This document shows positions 28,179-41,599 of a DNA stretch of 64,000 bases, in pieces; within the stretch, counting starts at the first letter, position 1, and every line of letters begins with the position of its first letter. Under the pieces are notes generated by a model that saw only the letters and a program-made list of their open reading frames with translations, was not told the DNA's origin and searched no databases. This stretch comes from Dudresnaya verticillata. Lineage: Eukaryota. The translations under genes and the position numbers were made by a program. The stretch covers positions 620,001-684,000 of the forward strand of contig OZ374563.1 in assembly GCA_977862235.1 (NCBI GenBank), in the 5' to 3' direction.

Positions 28179-31100
28179 TTATAGATGCATGTCGTACAAT
28201 ACGAATTTCTGGAGGGCTCCATCTCTCCATGAAAACGCTGCACCCTCAGGCCAATCGGGGTGGGTACCCATTCCGTCTCCTTTGAAAACGACTCCTTCCT
28301 CCCTCAAGCAGGGTCTTGGTATGCAATACCACTCTTCTTGTAGCATCAATGTGACATTTTCTTGGGGTTCCCGGTTCTTGGTCGCAAGCATGGTACAGAG
28401 CAACTCTCCTTATTTCAGTATGGAGTTGCAAAAGTTGGACTGTGGAGGAATGAAACGGATTTTCCAAATGAACGTATCCTCCTTGCTCCATGCGGCAGCG
28501 CACCCAAATTGTCCAAGAGACCTCTTCATATCGCTGTAAAATTGCAACGACAGCAAACCGTTGGAGTTCTCCATCACGATTTGTAACGGGCTGAACTAGT
28601 TTTCTCTCCCCCATAACCGGTTCCAGATAGGTCTGTATAGTTTTTCCCGCATAGATGGTATCATAGCCCGCAGATTTTCCTCCTACAGATCCGTCGTTCC
28701 TTATTTTGTACATTCCCGCACTGCTGTAGAGTCGGAACTGATCTGTCCCACTCTCTTCCAGTCGTTGGTTAGAAGGAAACCAGGTGTTTAGCCAATATTT
28801 CATCTCCGAAAACAAACTTGTCATGTCTTCTTCGGAAATTGAGACTTATTTGGCTACGCTCTCTGCAGCTGTTATATTTCTGAGTACCACATAGAGCTTC
28901 TATCAAGAGCGAAATTGCAAACTCGCTCATCCTTCTGCATTTGCCATAGGCAAGGTTTTGTAAATTGCTGCACAATAGTTGAGTCAAGTTCGTCTATTAA
29001 ATCTTTCTCTTCAGATTCTTTCAGCAGATCAGCAACTTCACCATAGAACAGACACCTCAGATACCGCTTTTGTAAGCGATTGCATGAGTTCTCATAATTC
29101 CTAACAGCCATAATTCTCCCCTGCCAGTCGTTTGCTAGGCAGTGTTCCACTGCCGAGAGGTGAGCGTCTTTCTGGTTGCTTCTAGATATACATCTTTTCA
29201 GAGGTTGATATGCGCACTCAAAAACGAGCTCCATGAACTCCCTTACGTGCCCAAAAGAAGGTATGCTATGTTCATACAGTTCCAAAAGTCGGTGAAGGTT
29301 CGGCCTATCCAGATGCTGCGTAATATCAGTGAACACTGAACACAACGACTCAACACTTTGCACATACTGCTTTGATAACCACCTCAGTTCTGAAATATAT
29401 TTCTCATTCTCTTTCACCAAAAACGTTTCAGCGTTAGCCCCGTCAAGCTCCTTTTCAGGTCATCAATAAGTGAAAGCTACAAGGCGCTGTAGCGTTTGTA
29501 GTAGCTGGACCACTTGAGAAAACTTCCCAGCTTCACCAGAAACATGAGAACTCATTGAGAGAAAAACAGGTACGGAAACCAAAAGGACGCAGAAGACAAA
29601 GGATAAGCTCATATTGTGAAGCTTTTTCTTGTTGTGGTTGAATACCTGCTTCTGTGTCAGTAGTCCATTCTCTTGTAGGGAGGCGCATATGCGCACATCA
29701 ATTTCGGTACGCATTTCGTTCGAAGGTAGAGACGCGTAAGCGGCATTTAAAATGTTCTTGGACAACCCTGTTAGTAAATGGCCCGGAGCCACAAAGTTAG
29801 ACCTGTAAGGGTCGAATAGTCCGGACACCACGAGATGGCCTTCCGAGTTGAGAGGAACTGCGCCCCTTCTTATTTTGATTGAACGTTGTAGGTAGAGAAG
29901 AGGGCAAGAGTTGTCTTATGTTACTCCGTTCGGATTCATCCCCAGCTTTTTCGCGTCTGTATCCGGAATTTGACACTTCCGCAAAGCCTGATGTCTTTCA
30001 CTTTGTCTCAGAAACGATGAATTGCTGGCATGCACAGCTGTTGTGTATGAATCTTGTGCCCTTCGCGTCCTGAACAGGTAGTCTTCTAAAAGCACATAGT
30101 GTACAAAGAGATGATCCTACGTGCCCAATGACATCAACGGTTGCAGCAAATGCCGGGTAATCTCCGATGAACCCAATGACGTCGATAAAAATTGTGACCC
30201 TTTCACCGTTCGGCGCAAATCCCTGAACACCGGTGGTGCCGGCTACCACCAGATCTTCTGTTATGTACCCGAGTATCTCGTTCGAGGAAACACCGGGAGG
30301 TGTAAATCCAATGATTCTAATAGATGAAGCTTTCCTTCTTGCATGTGGCGGCAAAGACAATGGCAGCAAATAACATCCCCCAGCTGATGAGGATGGACCC
30401 ATCATCATTGATGCTTGGAAGTCATCACAGTATAAGAGAACTCTGCACACGAAATACTTAGAACCATCCTGTAGACGTCCCCATGACCTTGTCGATATTT
30501 TTGGGTCAGGGCCTTCTTCCTCACCAGCCTGTCGCTCCATGTTGACTTTCTTGATAGCATGCCATTCATACTGAGAGTGACTTTCATCTATTGAGATGTC
30601 GGGTTGCTGTTCAGCTTCAAATGGTACCGAGCATAAAAATCTGGAGAGTATTCCGGGCTGTACTCTCCAGTATCTGTGAATGAGAACGGCGAACGCCGAC
30701 TGATTCGCTGTGGTATCTTCCGGACGGAGAAGGGTGCAAATGTCACCCGGAACAACCCCAGTTACGGAACTGTTCTGGAGCGTCACCCCTCTTCCAAATC
30801 TCCGCATTATATTTCTTTCCGCAGACGTAGAGTGCATCAAACGTATCGCCTTCTTGAAGCTGCTTGTATCATCGGGTTCCGCAGCAACACACCATGTGCA
30901 CAAAACGACGGCCCTGAAAATATACCCAGATCCTGTACTGGAGATGCGGTAACCAGTTGAGAAGCTCGGTCTTCCACTAGTGACCTCAACGGAAATACAA
31001 TCTCCTTTCATACATATTCCCTCTTCGTTTGTAATTTCCCATTCCGAAGATTGCACAAATATGTGTTTGCATGAACATGTCACTCGTTCACGTTTCCTAA

Positions 31101-32288
31101 CCATTTTGGACCTGTTCAGGAATTGTTCGCTGCAATGACCTTGTCGCTTCGAACACGAAGGATACATGACATTGAAGAAAAAAGGGGCTGCCACATCTAA
31201 CTTCGCCCATGAACTTGGAAGGATTACTCTCACCTTCTCATGTTCATCATCTTGTGTACACACAGAAGAGGGGATTTGCGTACCTGATGTTGCTACACCT
31301 ACATTACTGTCATCTTCTGTGTTATGTTCAGCGTCTTCTTCTTCAATCAAATCCAATACTGAGTCACGGGATTCATTTCTAGTCAGCAACCCACCTTGTG
31401 ATCCTTTTCTTGGAAGTTTCACCAGTTTGCTCGATGGGAAGCATGTGTTCACAAGCGAAATAAAGTATCTATGAAGCCTCTTGTATGGTGGCATCGTGAC
31501 CTGCTCCCTGTCATGTATGGAACCAGGACTTGTAATATCTTCAACCAAATGCTTCAAAAGCTCATGTTGTAGTACTGTAAGGAGAACGCTTCCGACAACA
31601 CAGAGTATTGAAGTCAAATGCAATGGCTCTGCCCACATTTTTTCATCCTCCTCATCAGACGCTTCATCCTAGAGGTTCCCAGGGTGCACACAGGCATGCC
31701 TCGAACGTTCTCATCGACTATCGGATGCGGACGCAAAAGGGGCCGCTGCTCTTCTGTTTCATGCTCTGCATCAGACTCGAGCCTGCCATTTAGCTCTTCA
31801 AACCTATATAATCCGCTCGGAGGCAGGTCATTATCTTGTGCACAAGCAGATGAAGGAATGACTTCATCGTCTCCGTCTCAGAACTCAGCAGAATAGTTTT
31901 CTCGCAATTATTTTAAGATCGTGGCAGCATTACCCAATTCTTCATCCCTGAACTCTTGAAACTGATTATCCTGGTCAGGTTCCGCTGCACATTCTGGCGC
32001 TATGTGCTCCTCAGCATGTTTTGTTAGCCTATATCTCGTTCCTAATAGTAGACTATCGTTGCTCCCAACGCGTCCTTCCGCACCGTTCGGTTCAACAGAG
32101 GGATTGTAAAGACTTGTATGATGAGGGTCCACTTGGGGACCGTGTGATCCTCCAGGCTCTGCACCAGAAGAAGAGTACTCAGTTCTGATCTTTTTCCTTA
32201 TTCGTCTTGCCCTGATATCTTGAAGCCAGGTAGATTGATCAAGTATGCTGCGACGTCTTCTTCTCTTCTCACTCGGATCGTAATTCAT
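28179..32288 (-). pseudogene. CACTA/CMC-superfamily-like DDE transposase (fragmented)
   Basis: Motifs LLYCDDF...SAGGCYLLPLSLP, GFIGDYP...GHVGSSLCTLC (CxxC), APGHLLTGLSKN and PNLHRLLEL...IPSFG...ELVFE...LKRCISRSN appear in the order seen in CACTA-type transposases. Spread over ORFs 31908-32288, 29998-31638, 29463-29831, 28872-29420 and 28246-28824. Confidence 0.75.
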
Positions 32289-33563
32289 GCTTTCTGACTT
32301 TCGGAACCGTACGGTGTAACACTCTGAACAAAATGGTGACGTTTATCGAATGATAACGTCTGACACAGCCGGTCAGATGGGAACAACTCAGTTGCAACAC
32401 ATGTGTTCACAGCATCAATTGTTGGGATAGAAGTCAAGTAGTAACTAAACAGTCATAAGTGGCTCTGGCACCACAGCAATATTGTAGGGGCAGTAGTGAC
32501 ACCAGTACCAATTTCTTCTCTTCTGCGTCCCAGTATTTCTGTACAGGTGGATGAATGATAAGGGCAGGTGATACATCATAGAGAATGTAACAGTGCTCCT
32601 GTTAAGGTAGGGTTGTTCAGGGAAGGTTGTTCAGGGAAAGGGGGTGTCAATTAGTAACTAGTATTGCTGTACGGCGCAAGAAAATGTAGCTACATTCCTA
32701 GCAACCCCCTTCAAAAGCAATCGTTCGATTACGCTACGGCACGTGATTATAACCTGCCACGGCCGTTCTTGCCTGCATAATAAATCAGTGTTTCAAATAT
32801 CTCGCGTACGCAATGCCCAGGACCACCCTTTTGAAGCAGCAAATAGCAGTGGCATGTTTTTCTATATCAAGCCTGACACGGAAACAATTACTTTTCATTT
32901 CTATGCTTATGAAAATGAAAGCCTTAATAAATACATATGGCTTTCAATGCATGGCATGACATGCCAAGGTTTACAAAACAATTGTTTTATGATTAATCAG
33001 TATATGGTGATTGTATACTAACACGTATCGTTATTGTAATTCCAATCCATTTCAAAACATGTTCACATACACATGAAGCGAGGTTTCCAACATGTTGGAG
33101 TTACAACTTGGGATGATCTATGGCATGGAGGTTTCGCTCCTATTGTTGCACCAAACTGATTTGATTACTATTAATAATAGGATATATATAGGGTATTGTC
33201 TATAGCCAGATCTTACTGCTTACACGCAGTCAAAACAGGGGATGCAGAGTGTACACGAAGAAAGGTAACTATGATGTCAATTGGTATGTGGGCCGTGGCC
33301 ACAGATACCCATATGGACTGATATCAGCCCAGGCAATAAATGAATGCACGCTTGGAGCCAAGGTTTTAACACAGTGGGAGGAAATAATGTAACGAAACTT
33401 TCGCTAACGAAGGATTTTGTTGCTTCTGTTCCATCATTCTCTATAATAAAACGTCCAGCATATTTTTTAATTAGCGAAGTTTTATGCCGTAGGCACTGCC
33501 AAAACGCATTTATACAATTGTATCAATTAATTGATATGAGTGTCGCATACAAAATTACATATG

Positions 33564-33623
33564 CATATGAGACGCTGGAAACAACACAACACAACACATG
33601 TGTTGTATTCAGCGTCTCATATG
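33564..33623. repeat. Hairpin with 14-bp perfect outer arms
   Basis: CATATGAGACGCTG (33564-33577) and CAGCGTCTCATATG (33610-33623). Inner CAACAC repeats can also pair with GTGTTG. Confidence 0.85.
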
Positions 33624-33648
33624 TAACACAGGGCGCGACGCAATAAAA

Positions 33649-33858
33649 ATGGCATGGATACAGTACTGTTATGTACAATAAGGGTTATCAATGGCATTGT
33701 CCCCGGGGCGATAAAAAGTGATGGCTCTAGATACTTTATTTATGTACGGTCATAAAAAATACATTTTTGCCATGGCACGGATACAGTACTGTACAACAAG
33801 GGGTTTCAATGGCATTGTCCCCGGGACGAAAAAGAGGGATGGCTCTACATACTTTATT
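33649..33858 (+). repeat. Two diverged direct repeats of about 90 bp
   Basis: ATGGCAyGGATACAGTACTGT...TCAATGGCATTGTCCCCGGG...GATGGCTCTAsATACTTTATT at 33649-33740 and 33772-33858. Confidence 0.88.
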
Positions 33859-34369
33859 GTAGGGTCTTCGGAGGGATCAGCGTACGCTTAACCGTAGGCA
33901 ATGGCCTGCCTATCGCCGCGTTGGGGCCAATGTGGTACATTCTATTGGTTTCTTTCAAAAGCGGTGGCCAGATCACTCGCCCCGTGACGAATTAACGATT
34001 AAATCGTTGCGTCTCCTTGTGTACACATTCCAATTTGGCCAAGTGTTCTCGTATTGGAAACACCGGCCTCTTACTGGCACATCTCTTTTTCATATCATTT
34101 CATATCAAATCTAAGCGACAGTGGCCGGAAGAGTGCCTCGACGAGCGCTCGTGTGCGCCCGTGGCCGTCGCGCGCGAGCGCCGCGGCGCGGGATCTTTGA
34201 GCCGCATCCGCGTGCGGCCGAGCCCGCTCGGGCTCTGGCATCATCAGCGAACGCTTGATATCAGCGCTTCGAGACCGGCCTCCTCACCCGCCGACTATGA
34301 TTGCGTAGCTGTTCTTCCCTTTTCCATCGATAACGCGCCCGCTTTGCTCCCGCATCTCCGCGGATTCTG

Positions 34370-35060
34370 TTACTCTGCATTCCACGCCTTCCTTCCCCGC
34401 TCGCCCGCTTTGCATCGCCCGCGTCGCCCGCATCGCTTCTGCTGCTGTGCTACTAGAGCTCTACTCGCCGCGTCCGCTCGTCTGGCTCGCTCGCGCGCCT
34501 GCTTCGCGTCGCCCGCGTCGCTTCTGCTGCTGTGCTCTACTCGCCGCGCCCGATCGTCTGGCTCGCTTGCTCGCCTGCCTGGGTCGTTCGCGCGCCTGCT
34601 TCGTCTCGCCCGCGTCACATCTGCTGCTGTGCTTCACTCGCTGCGCACGCTCGTCTGGCTCGCTTGTTCTCCTGGCTGGCTGGCTCGTCCGCCCGCTTCG
34701 CATCGCCGTGTTCGTTCGCTTTTGTTCATCTACTCGCCGCGTCAGCCCACCTGGCTGGCTTTCTCGCGCGCCCGCTTCACGCGATCGCGTCGCCCTGGTC
34801 TCTCTCTGCTGTTGACCTACTCGCCGCTCCCGCACGCCTTGCTGGCTTGCTCGGTCGCCCACTTCGCGTCGCCGTGATCGCTTCTGCTACTCTGCGTTCC
34901 GCATCTACCTTCCTCGCCCGCCCGCCTCTCGTTGCCTGAATCACTTCTGTTACTAGCACCTGTGCTCAACTCAACGCGCCCGGTCGTTTGGCTCGCTTGC
35001 TCGCCTGGCTGGCTCACTCACCCGCCCGCCCGCTTCGCATTGCCGTGGTCGCTCGCTGTT
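34370..35060 (+). repeat. Degenerate GC-rich tandem array (units of about 60-90 bp)
   Basis: Recurring blocks TACTCGCCGC, TCGTCTGGCTCGCT, GCTTCGCrTCGCC and TCTGCTGCTGTGCT. Very A-poor on the + strand. Confidence 0.8.
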
Positions 35061-35074
35061 GTTTGAATATCGAT

Positions 35075-37694
35075 ATGTCCGGGAACCCTTACCAGCATGG
35101 AGATGGAGCTGGACTGAGCAACGCCCATGTTAATAGCGGTGGGAACGGAAACTATCATGGTCACGCGTACGCTAACCAGAACGGCTTCAGCCCCTGCAGC
35201 GGTCGTAGGATGTATGATGAGTTCTCAAGAGGTGGATATCGTGGAAGAACTCAAACTGGCCTTGGAAAGGGACGCCGCATCCGCGATCGCCGATATGTTT
35301 ACGGCAGACCTGATGAGGACCGGACACTCGTGACGAATATTGACGCCGAGCTTCTCAGCGGTCGCCATGAGTGGAACCTGTAACCGTCTCAGACGGACAG
35401 CTACCGCGATCTTGTTCAAGGAAGCACCAACGCTCGAACCGACATGGTACTGTTCAAGAAGGCTTCCGAAACAGTTGGAGTACAGAAGTGCATGAACGAG
35501 TTCTCGAAGTTCATGCGGTCTGAGCGTCGTTTGGATGTGCCCACAACTCTTCGAACTACACGGACGCATGCGCGGGAAGCGAAAAAGTGTTACTAACTCG
35601 AGAAAATGGAGGCATATCTGGACATGGAGGCTAGCTGGGGAGGCACCTGGCGTCACTGTAGCCGACTTGAAGCCCCAGGACATTCCTATGCTTGAGCATT
35701 TGCTCATTAAAAGGCACTTCTACGCCTTTAGCAAGCGTCCGGGCTTCTTTAGGGAGCACGTTTAACCGCAATAAGAATAGACGATGGCTCCCGTATGACA
35801 GCCCCGAAACGTCAATGCCGCCAATCGATGTTCTGTCCGGATACTATCCCAAGGTCCAGAACTGGGTTTGGGATATCGAGCAGCCCCCCGCACTTCCTGT
35901 TTACACGCCGCCAGTTGTGTACTATTTATTTACGGAGCTGAGGGATGCCGTGCAGTGTGCAGAGAGTGTGGTCCCCGAGTCTGGAAATCCGCTTTCGGAA
36001 CGCTCAAGAAGGATTCTATTCTTGCTTCGAATCGAGTACAATGTCATGTTCATGCTGGTCTGGATCAATGAGGCGGTTCACGGATCAAAGATGTTGTGCT
36101 CACCAGAGACACAATTGGAGTTCTCGACGAAAATGTTGACGGACTTCAAGACATCGGGGGGTAGCTGCGGCCTCCATTCTGAAGCTGATGCGTGACGCCG
36201 AGGCCATCCACAAGGATTGGCACAATTGGATCGGATTTGTGAACGAGGAGACGGTTTTCAGTAAGTTTGTATGGGCCGTGAGTGGCCCTAGCTTTGAGCC
36301 TACAATCGACTGCGTACGCGATTCTGGAAGCACAGCTTACTACAGTTACAACACTACAAGGACCTGGACGGAGGAAGAGTATGAGATGGAGTTCTCCGAA
36401 GGTGATGTCAATGAAACCATGGACAGTCCAACTCTGGAAAGCAAGATGGGCCGACACGGCATCGACGCAATTTGCGGGCTTCGCCACCATGTCACTGCGT
36501 ACTGGAACGTTTCAAACGGTGATCCCAGTGTACTTCAAGTGCTTGGCATCATGATGCAGGTCAACGCTAAAGAACATGCGATCGCAGAACAGAAAGCTAA
36601 AGATCATAAGGACACAGAAAGGGGGTGCAGCAGGTTCTTTACGGCATCGTCGACAGAATGATGTACCCGAAGAAGCCCGATCTGGAGTATGGATCGTATG
36701 GTGAACACGACAGGGGCGCTGGTTACGGTCGCCGAGTGTACACCACGGATCATTACGCAAATCGACGCGATTACGTGGGTCCTTGCACTCGTACAGCTGC
36801 CAACCAGTCAAGCTACCCATCGTTCGATTTCAACCAGTACGCTGGTGATATGGGAACTCCTAGGGCTCCGCGGAGCAGGTATGCCAGTCGCGAACGCGGT
36901 GAGGGTGTCCGAGGATATAGAACTTCAAGTCAAGAGTATCAAGATCCGTATGCCAGCGAGGGGCGAGGCGGTCACCACGACCCTTTCAACGCCATGGCTC
37001 AGTCTGCTATTGGGCAAAGCGTCCATAAGCAGCCAACCCCCCGTGGGAAACAGCTATTCAAGATCGCAGCACAGCGGCCAGAGAACAACCCGCCAGCTCC
37101 GCTGAACAGCTTCCAGTACTTGAAATTCGCTAGCCGGATACTCGTGGCACGCATACGCGTTCTGCAACTCCGCTGCGAAATGAAACGGGAACCCGCACGC
37201 CTCGGGGCACTCCTATTCGATGAATTGACAGTCCATTTCAACCCACTGCAAGAACGCAGACAGCGGCCATCCCCCAGTGCCGATGCCTGGCAGCATTTCC
37301 AACAAATTAGGAGACATCACGGCAGGAAAGCGTCCTCTTCAAGGTGCAGCGAGCACAGTTACGAATGAGGCGAACGCCGGCCCGAGCAGTGCTGCAGGTA
37401 ATGGCTTTGAGACTAGGATCGGGGATTCACGATCGAACAAGGTATCTAGCACCGAATGGGGCTGTGTCCCACCAGACGTCAGAACCGAGCGTAGCTATTA
37501 CGGACCATGCTATCGCATCTGCAGCCAACCAGGGCTCCAGTAGTGTAATGGATAGGCAACCACCAACAATGGACTCGGAAATGCGCGCGGTACTGGAGGG
37601 GTCTGCCCAGCTTGCGGACGATGGCCAGCGTAGTGCCGGTTCCGGACCTGCAAAGAGTTTGGGAAGTAAGGTCGGTGTACCAAAGAAGCATTGA
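35075..37694 (+). pseudogene. Fragmented copy of the accessory protein family
   Basis: ORF chain from the ATG at 35075. Core YPKVQNWVWDIEQPPALPVYTPPVVYYLFTEL...LLRIEYNVMFMLVWINEA in 35692-36195, then a low-complexity tail. Confidence 0.6.
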
Positions 37695-37750
37695 GTAGTG
37701 TAGTTCATCAGAACTGATAATCCCGTTGAATGAGTTGAAATGCGGGCAAT

Positions 37751-39787
37751 CTATAGCAAATTGTGCAACAGTAAAGCTAGACCCCAAAGAGCCTCAATCT
37801 GCCTGTGAAAGGTTGCAGAGCTCGGAAGGCTGCTCATCCTTACAAGCCGTCCCATACCCGCGGCGGATTCACAATGCGGAAAAGAAACGGAAAGGCGAAG
37901 CGGTGCACCTCCTCCGCTTGTACCACTGCCTACATTGCCGCCGCGTGTTGCTCCTGCCGATGCCGAACTCGTAATCGATGTAGGCCCTGTGTTAGAGCCT
38001 CGAGGAGGCGTTACACCCAATATCCTCATTTGCTGCCCTGCCCCTGAAGGCCCAGGACCTACTTGTTATTGAAACGCGCTACTTGAGCTGCCAACGTCGC
38101 TTGCGAGCGCATAGATGCGCGCACCTATACTCCCACCTACTCCTTCCTTCGATACCGCGTTGTCGCCTCCCTTTCAGTACTGCTTTTCGCTCACATTTGC
38201 CGGTTCCTGCGCAAGTGTTGTTTGCTTTGGAGCCTTTGAAATCGTTACTTCAGCGGGCGAAGCTGTCGGCAAAGTAGGCATCGTGACAGTTGTTGATATC
38301 AAAAATATCTCGCAAGCACGTCGTCACTCTTCCCCGGACCAGCTCTACATGCTCCGGGGGTAGTCGCGTCACCGCTACGCTTACTCAAACCAACCTTGGC
38401 GGGGCCTGCACCTGGCGCCTGTCAAGTAGACGCTGTAGCCCGGGCTGTCGGTGCGCCATGGCGTACCCCGTGCTAGCACGCTGGTTTGCTGGTTTCGCAT
38501 CCTTAATTTTCATCTGTCCACCTCCCGCTGCATTCGAAGAACCGCTACCACCTGCACCTTCCCCAGATGTGGCCATTTCGTGTGTACCATCCTGCTGTAC
38601 ACCAGTACCAGAACCAGAACCAGCACCTCCTCCTGCTGTTCCTGCAAGCTTGCAGACCAGCACTGTCACCGCGGCGACTGCGCGACAAGACATTCTTCAG
38701 TCCCCCCTGCAAGGCTGCTGCTGCAGCTGCCACAGCAGCAACAGACGCTGCACGCTGTGAGGCTGCTGCATACTTGCTGGAGGCGTTACTGCACTTATAG
38801 TACCCACTGCACAAAGCAGAAGCGGGGGACGCGAATCAGCTGTCGTTTGCGCCTGCCGGTGCAGCTCCATTCAATACAGCTGATTGCCCAAACCGGGACA
38901 AATCCACGCCGCTTTCAATCGCGTTGAAGCGAACCACTGGGGTAGAGCGCCCGTACTGCGGTGGGCCAGTCACAGCTGAATTGGCGAAATAAATTGGTGA
39001 TACAGTCTCTGGCGGCTGTACTCCAGCCGAAGATTGCTGCCATAGTTGGGTGGTATTGGTGGCCGAGGAGCCGTAGCGATCGCCATCATGATGGTGCTGC
39101 AGCACTAGGACGTACTTCCCGGGAGTTCACTGTAGAAACCAGGTGATAGAGACAACGATGCCGAGCTAGCGGAGGGTACGGATATTACTGATCAGGCTTT
39201 TCGCGAGCAAGCCACTGGCTGCAAGCGGGCGGCTAACTAACGGCGTCGTCGTTTGCGGTGGCGACGGTGAAGAGCCTAGGCTGAGAAACTCAAGCGGGCC
39301 CTGTATGCACTCAAACACGCTGGCCTCACACGGGATGTTGCTCTGGAGACCCCGCGTGGCGTTGAGGTAGTTGTGAATCCAGCGCAGCGTGCCGGAAACG
39401 CCGGCACGCAGCAGCAGAAGCACGACCAGGGTCACCGAGATCTCGCCCCCAAACATGGCCGTATCGTGCTGCATCGACACGCGGATGCGCAACAGAGCGC
39501 GGCTCTCCGTCAACACGCGGGCCGCCTTGCGGCGCACGCTACCCAACAGCGCGCACGCGCCGGGCGCGACGGCCACGCGCACGCGCGCGGCGAAGACAAG
39601 GGCGGGACTGGCGACGAAGACGACGGGGACGACGACTGCGGCTGTGTGATGGGCGGTGCGCCGCCCTGCGAGTGCGGCGCTGCGAGGGCGGGACAGGAGA
39701 AGAAGACGACGGGGACAACAACTGCGGCTGCGTGATGGACGGCGGCGAGTGCGGCGCGGCGTAGTCGAACATGGCGTCGTCGGTCAT
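37751..39787 (-). pseudogene. Degenerate host-like gene fragment
   Basis: Minus-strand ORF pieces (39539-39787, 39166-39582, 38836-39105, 38545-38814, 38385-38693, 37751-38029) with Gly/Ala/Ser-rich linkers. No TE motif, identity unknown. Confidence 0.35.
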
Positions 39788-40093
39788 ACGCTCTGGCGGA
39801 TGGGCGGCGAGCTCGCGCGGCTGAGCAGCGGATTACGGCCAGAGATTTCACTGCGGTGACTGCGGCGAACGATTTGCTACCCACGTGCAATGAAGTTGAT
39901 GAAGTGGTAACGCAAAAGTGTCCTCTGTCGCTTCCGTAGTACTCACCTGCCAGAAAGAACATCTGGTGCCCTGTGGCACCAATAGTGGTGCGCGTGAGCA
40001 GAACTGCGAATTGCGTTTCGGCGACAGGCGCCAATGGGCCGGGACAGGTGATAATATGGTTGAAAATATACGTTAAAAATATCGCAAATTTAG

Positions 40094-40110
40094 GAAATGG
40101 CCTTGTAGTG
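40094..40110 (-). repeat. CACTA-type terminus, copy 1
   Basis: GAAATGGCCTTGTAGTG, the reverse complement of CACTACAAGGCCATTTC. Confidence 0.7.
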
Positions 40111-41599
40111 TTGGGGGGGTGGTTTGCGGATACGCGCTCTTCGGAGAGCTGTGCGGGTGGGGCCAGGATCTCGCTGAGCAATTCGCGTGAGTTCCGGGGC
40201 TGTCGTGGGCGAGCTGCTTCGGGGGCGCATCGGGGCGCAGGCACACGCACCAGCGAGCTCCGAGGCAAGCGGTTGTAGGGCACACGTCGAGGACTCCGTG
40301 GTGGCGTCGAAGGTGCGTCGTAAAGGGGGTGAGCTCCATGGCTCAAGCGAGGGGTTGAGTCGGCATTTGCGTTGCGCCTCGGCAAGCGATCGAGCAAAGT
40401 TGGCGTGATGCGCGGGTTGTGAAGGCGAAGTGCGTGTTGCGGGTGGCATCGGCCTCGAAGTAGGACTTCAGGCGCGTATGAAAAGTTACGTATAGCTCAC
40501 CGTGTCCGTCCGTTGCGGTGTCAGCTCCTGTAATGCGAGTGCCGCGGTGCAACCGTGTGCGCGGATGAGCCAGTGTCGAATATTACGAAGCTCGTGGGAC
40601 ACAGTGTGTGTGCATCACCGCAGCCATGGGCGCGCCCATCGCGATACCGCGGAACGCTCCCGACTGCGTGAGAAGCGACTTCGTGTGGGCATCTTGAGGA
40701 AAGAATTCGGTTATCGATCGCGGATACGGTAGCGCGGAGAGGGCTTCGTGATGACGCCGAGGGCTTCGTTGTCGTGCGTCGCGCGCCATCGAAATTGCGC
40801 AGCTGCTGTAGCGTCATATGCGGGGTGGCGGCCGTCTGCGCCGACGCAACCGTGTGCATCGGGGAAGTTGTCGTGCGCGACGAAGGCGCGTCGCGAAATA
40901 CGGAGACGAGTATCACGAAGTTGGGGCGCCTAGCGGCACTTTGCAAACGTATGATCCGGGGCAATCGAAATGAGCATTTCGCAGTCGGCATGTGAGGAAA
41001 GAACGTGTGGGGCGCCGGGGCCGTTCGTGTGGTGAGCCTCGTGTACCGCGCAACTCGACAAACGCCACTGCGCACAACTGCTAGGGTACATTTTGAAATA
41101 AAGGCACTGAATGCTACCGCTTACGGATTACAAAATCTATGCATGGAGCGCAACATCTTAAGGTGTTGAGAGGTTCGAAGCCGTTGCGCTGAAGATGGCA
41201 GATCTGCATGCATAAGCGCGTTAGGAACTGTGGAACTTTCGAGCGGGGTACAGCACTGCGAAAGCTGCTAGCGCACTGCGTAGTTCGTCTGAGACATCAA
41301 TCTGAAGATTGCAGTGACACATTGGAATGCGAGCACTCGGTTGCACCTTATTGAGATATGGACACGCGACACATCTCACCGCAGTGTCCCCGTCTCAATG
41401 CGTCGGTCTGCTGCAGAAGAATGACGGAACCCTGAACAGCGAAAGCGCACGCGCCGTGCGGATAAATCAACCGTCGCTTGAGTGATAAACTATTGGCCGC
41501 GTGCAAGGCGGCAAATCAAAATTATAGATATGATTTTATCGAATTCGTGTTGGCCCATGCGAGATGGCCCACGTATTGCTCTATTGTAAAATCTGTTCA

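Noticed and set aside
32605..32660. PPT plus LTR start (GGGAAAGGGGG-TGTCAATT)
   Set aside because: No matching LTR end, second copy or retroelement coding sequence nearby.
34017..34939. Arg/Ala/Leu-rich ORFs
   Set aside because: Open frames produced by an A-poor GC-rich tandem array.
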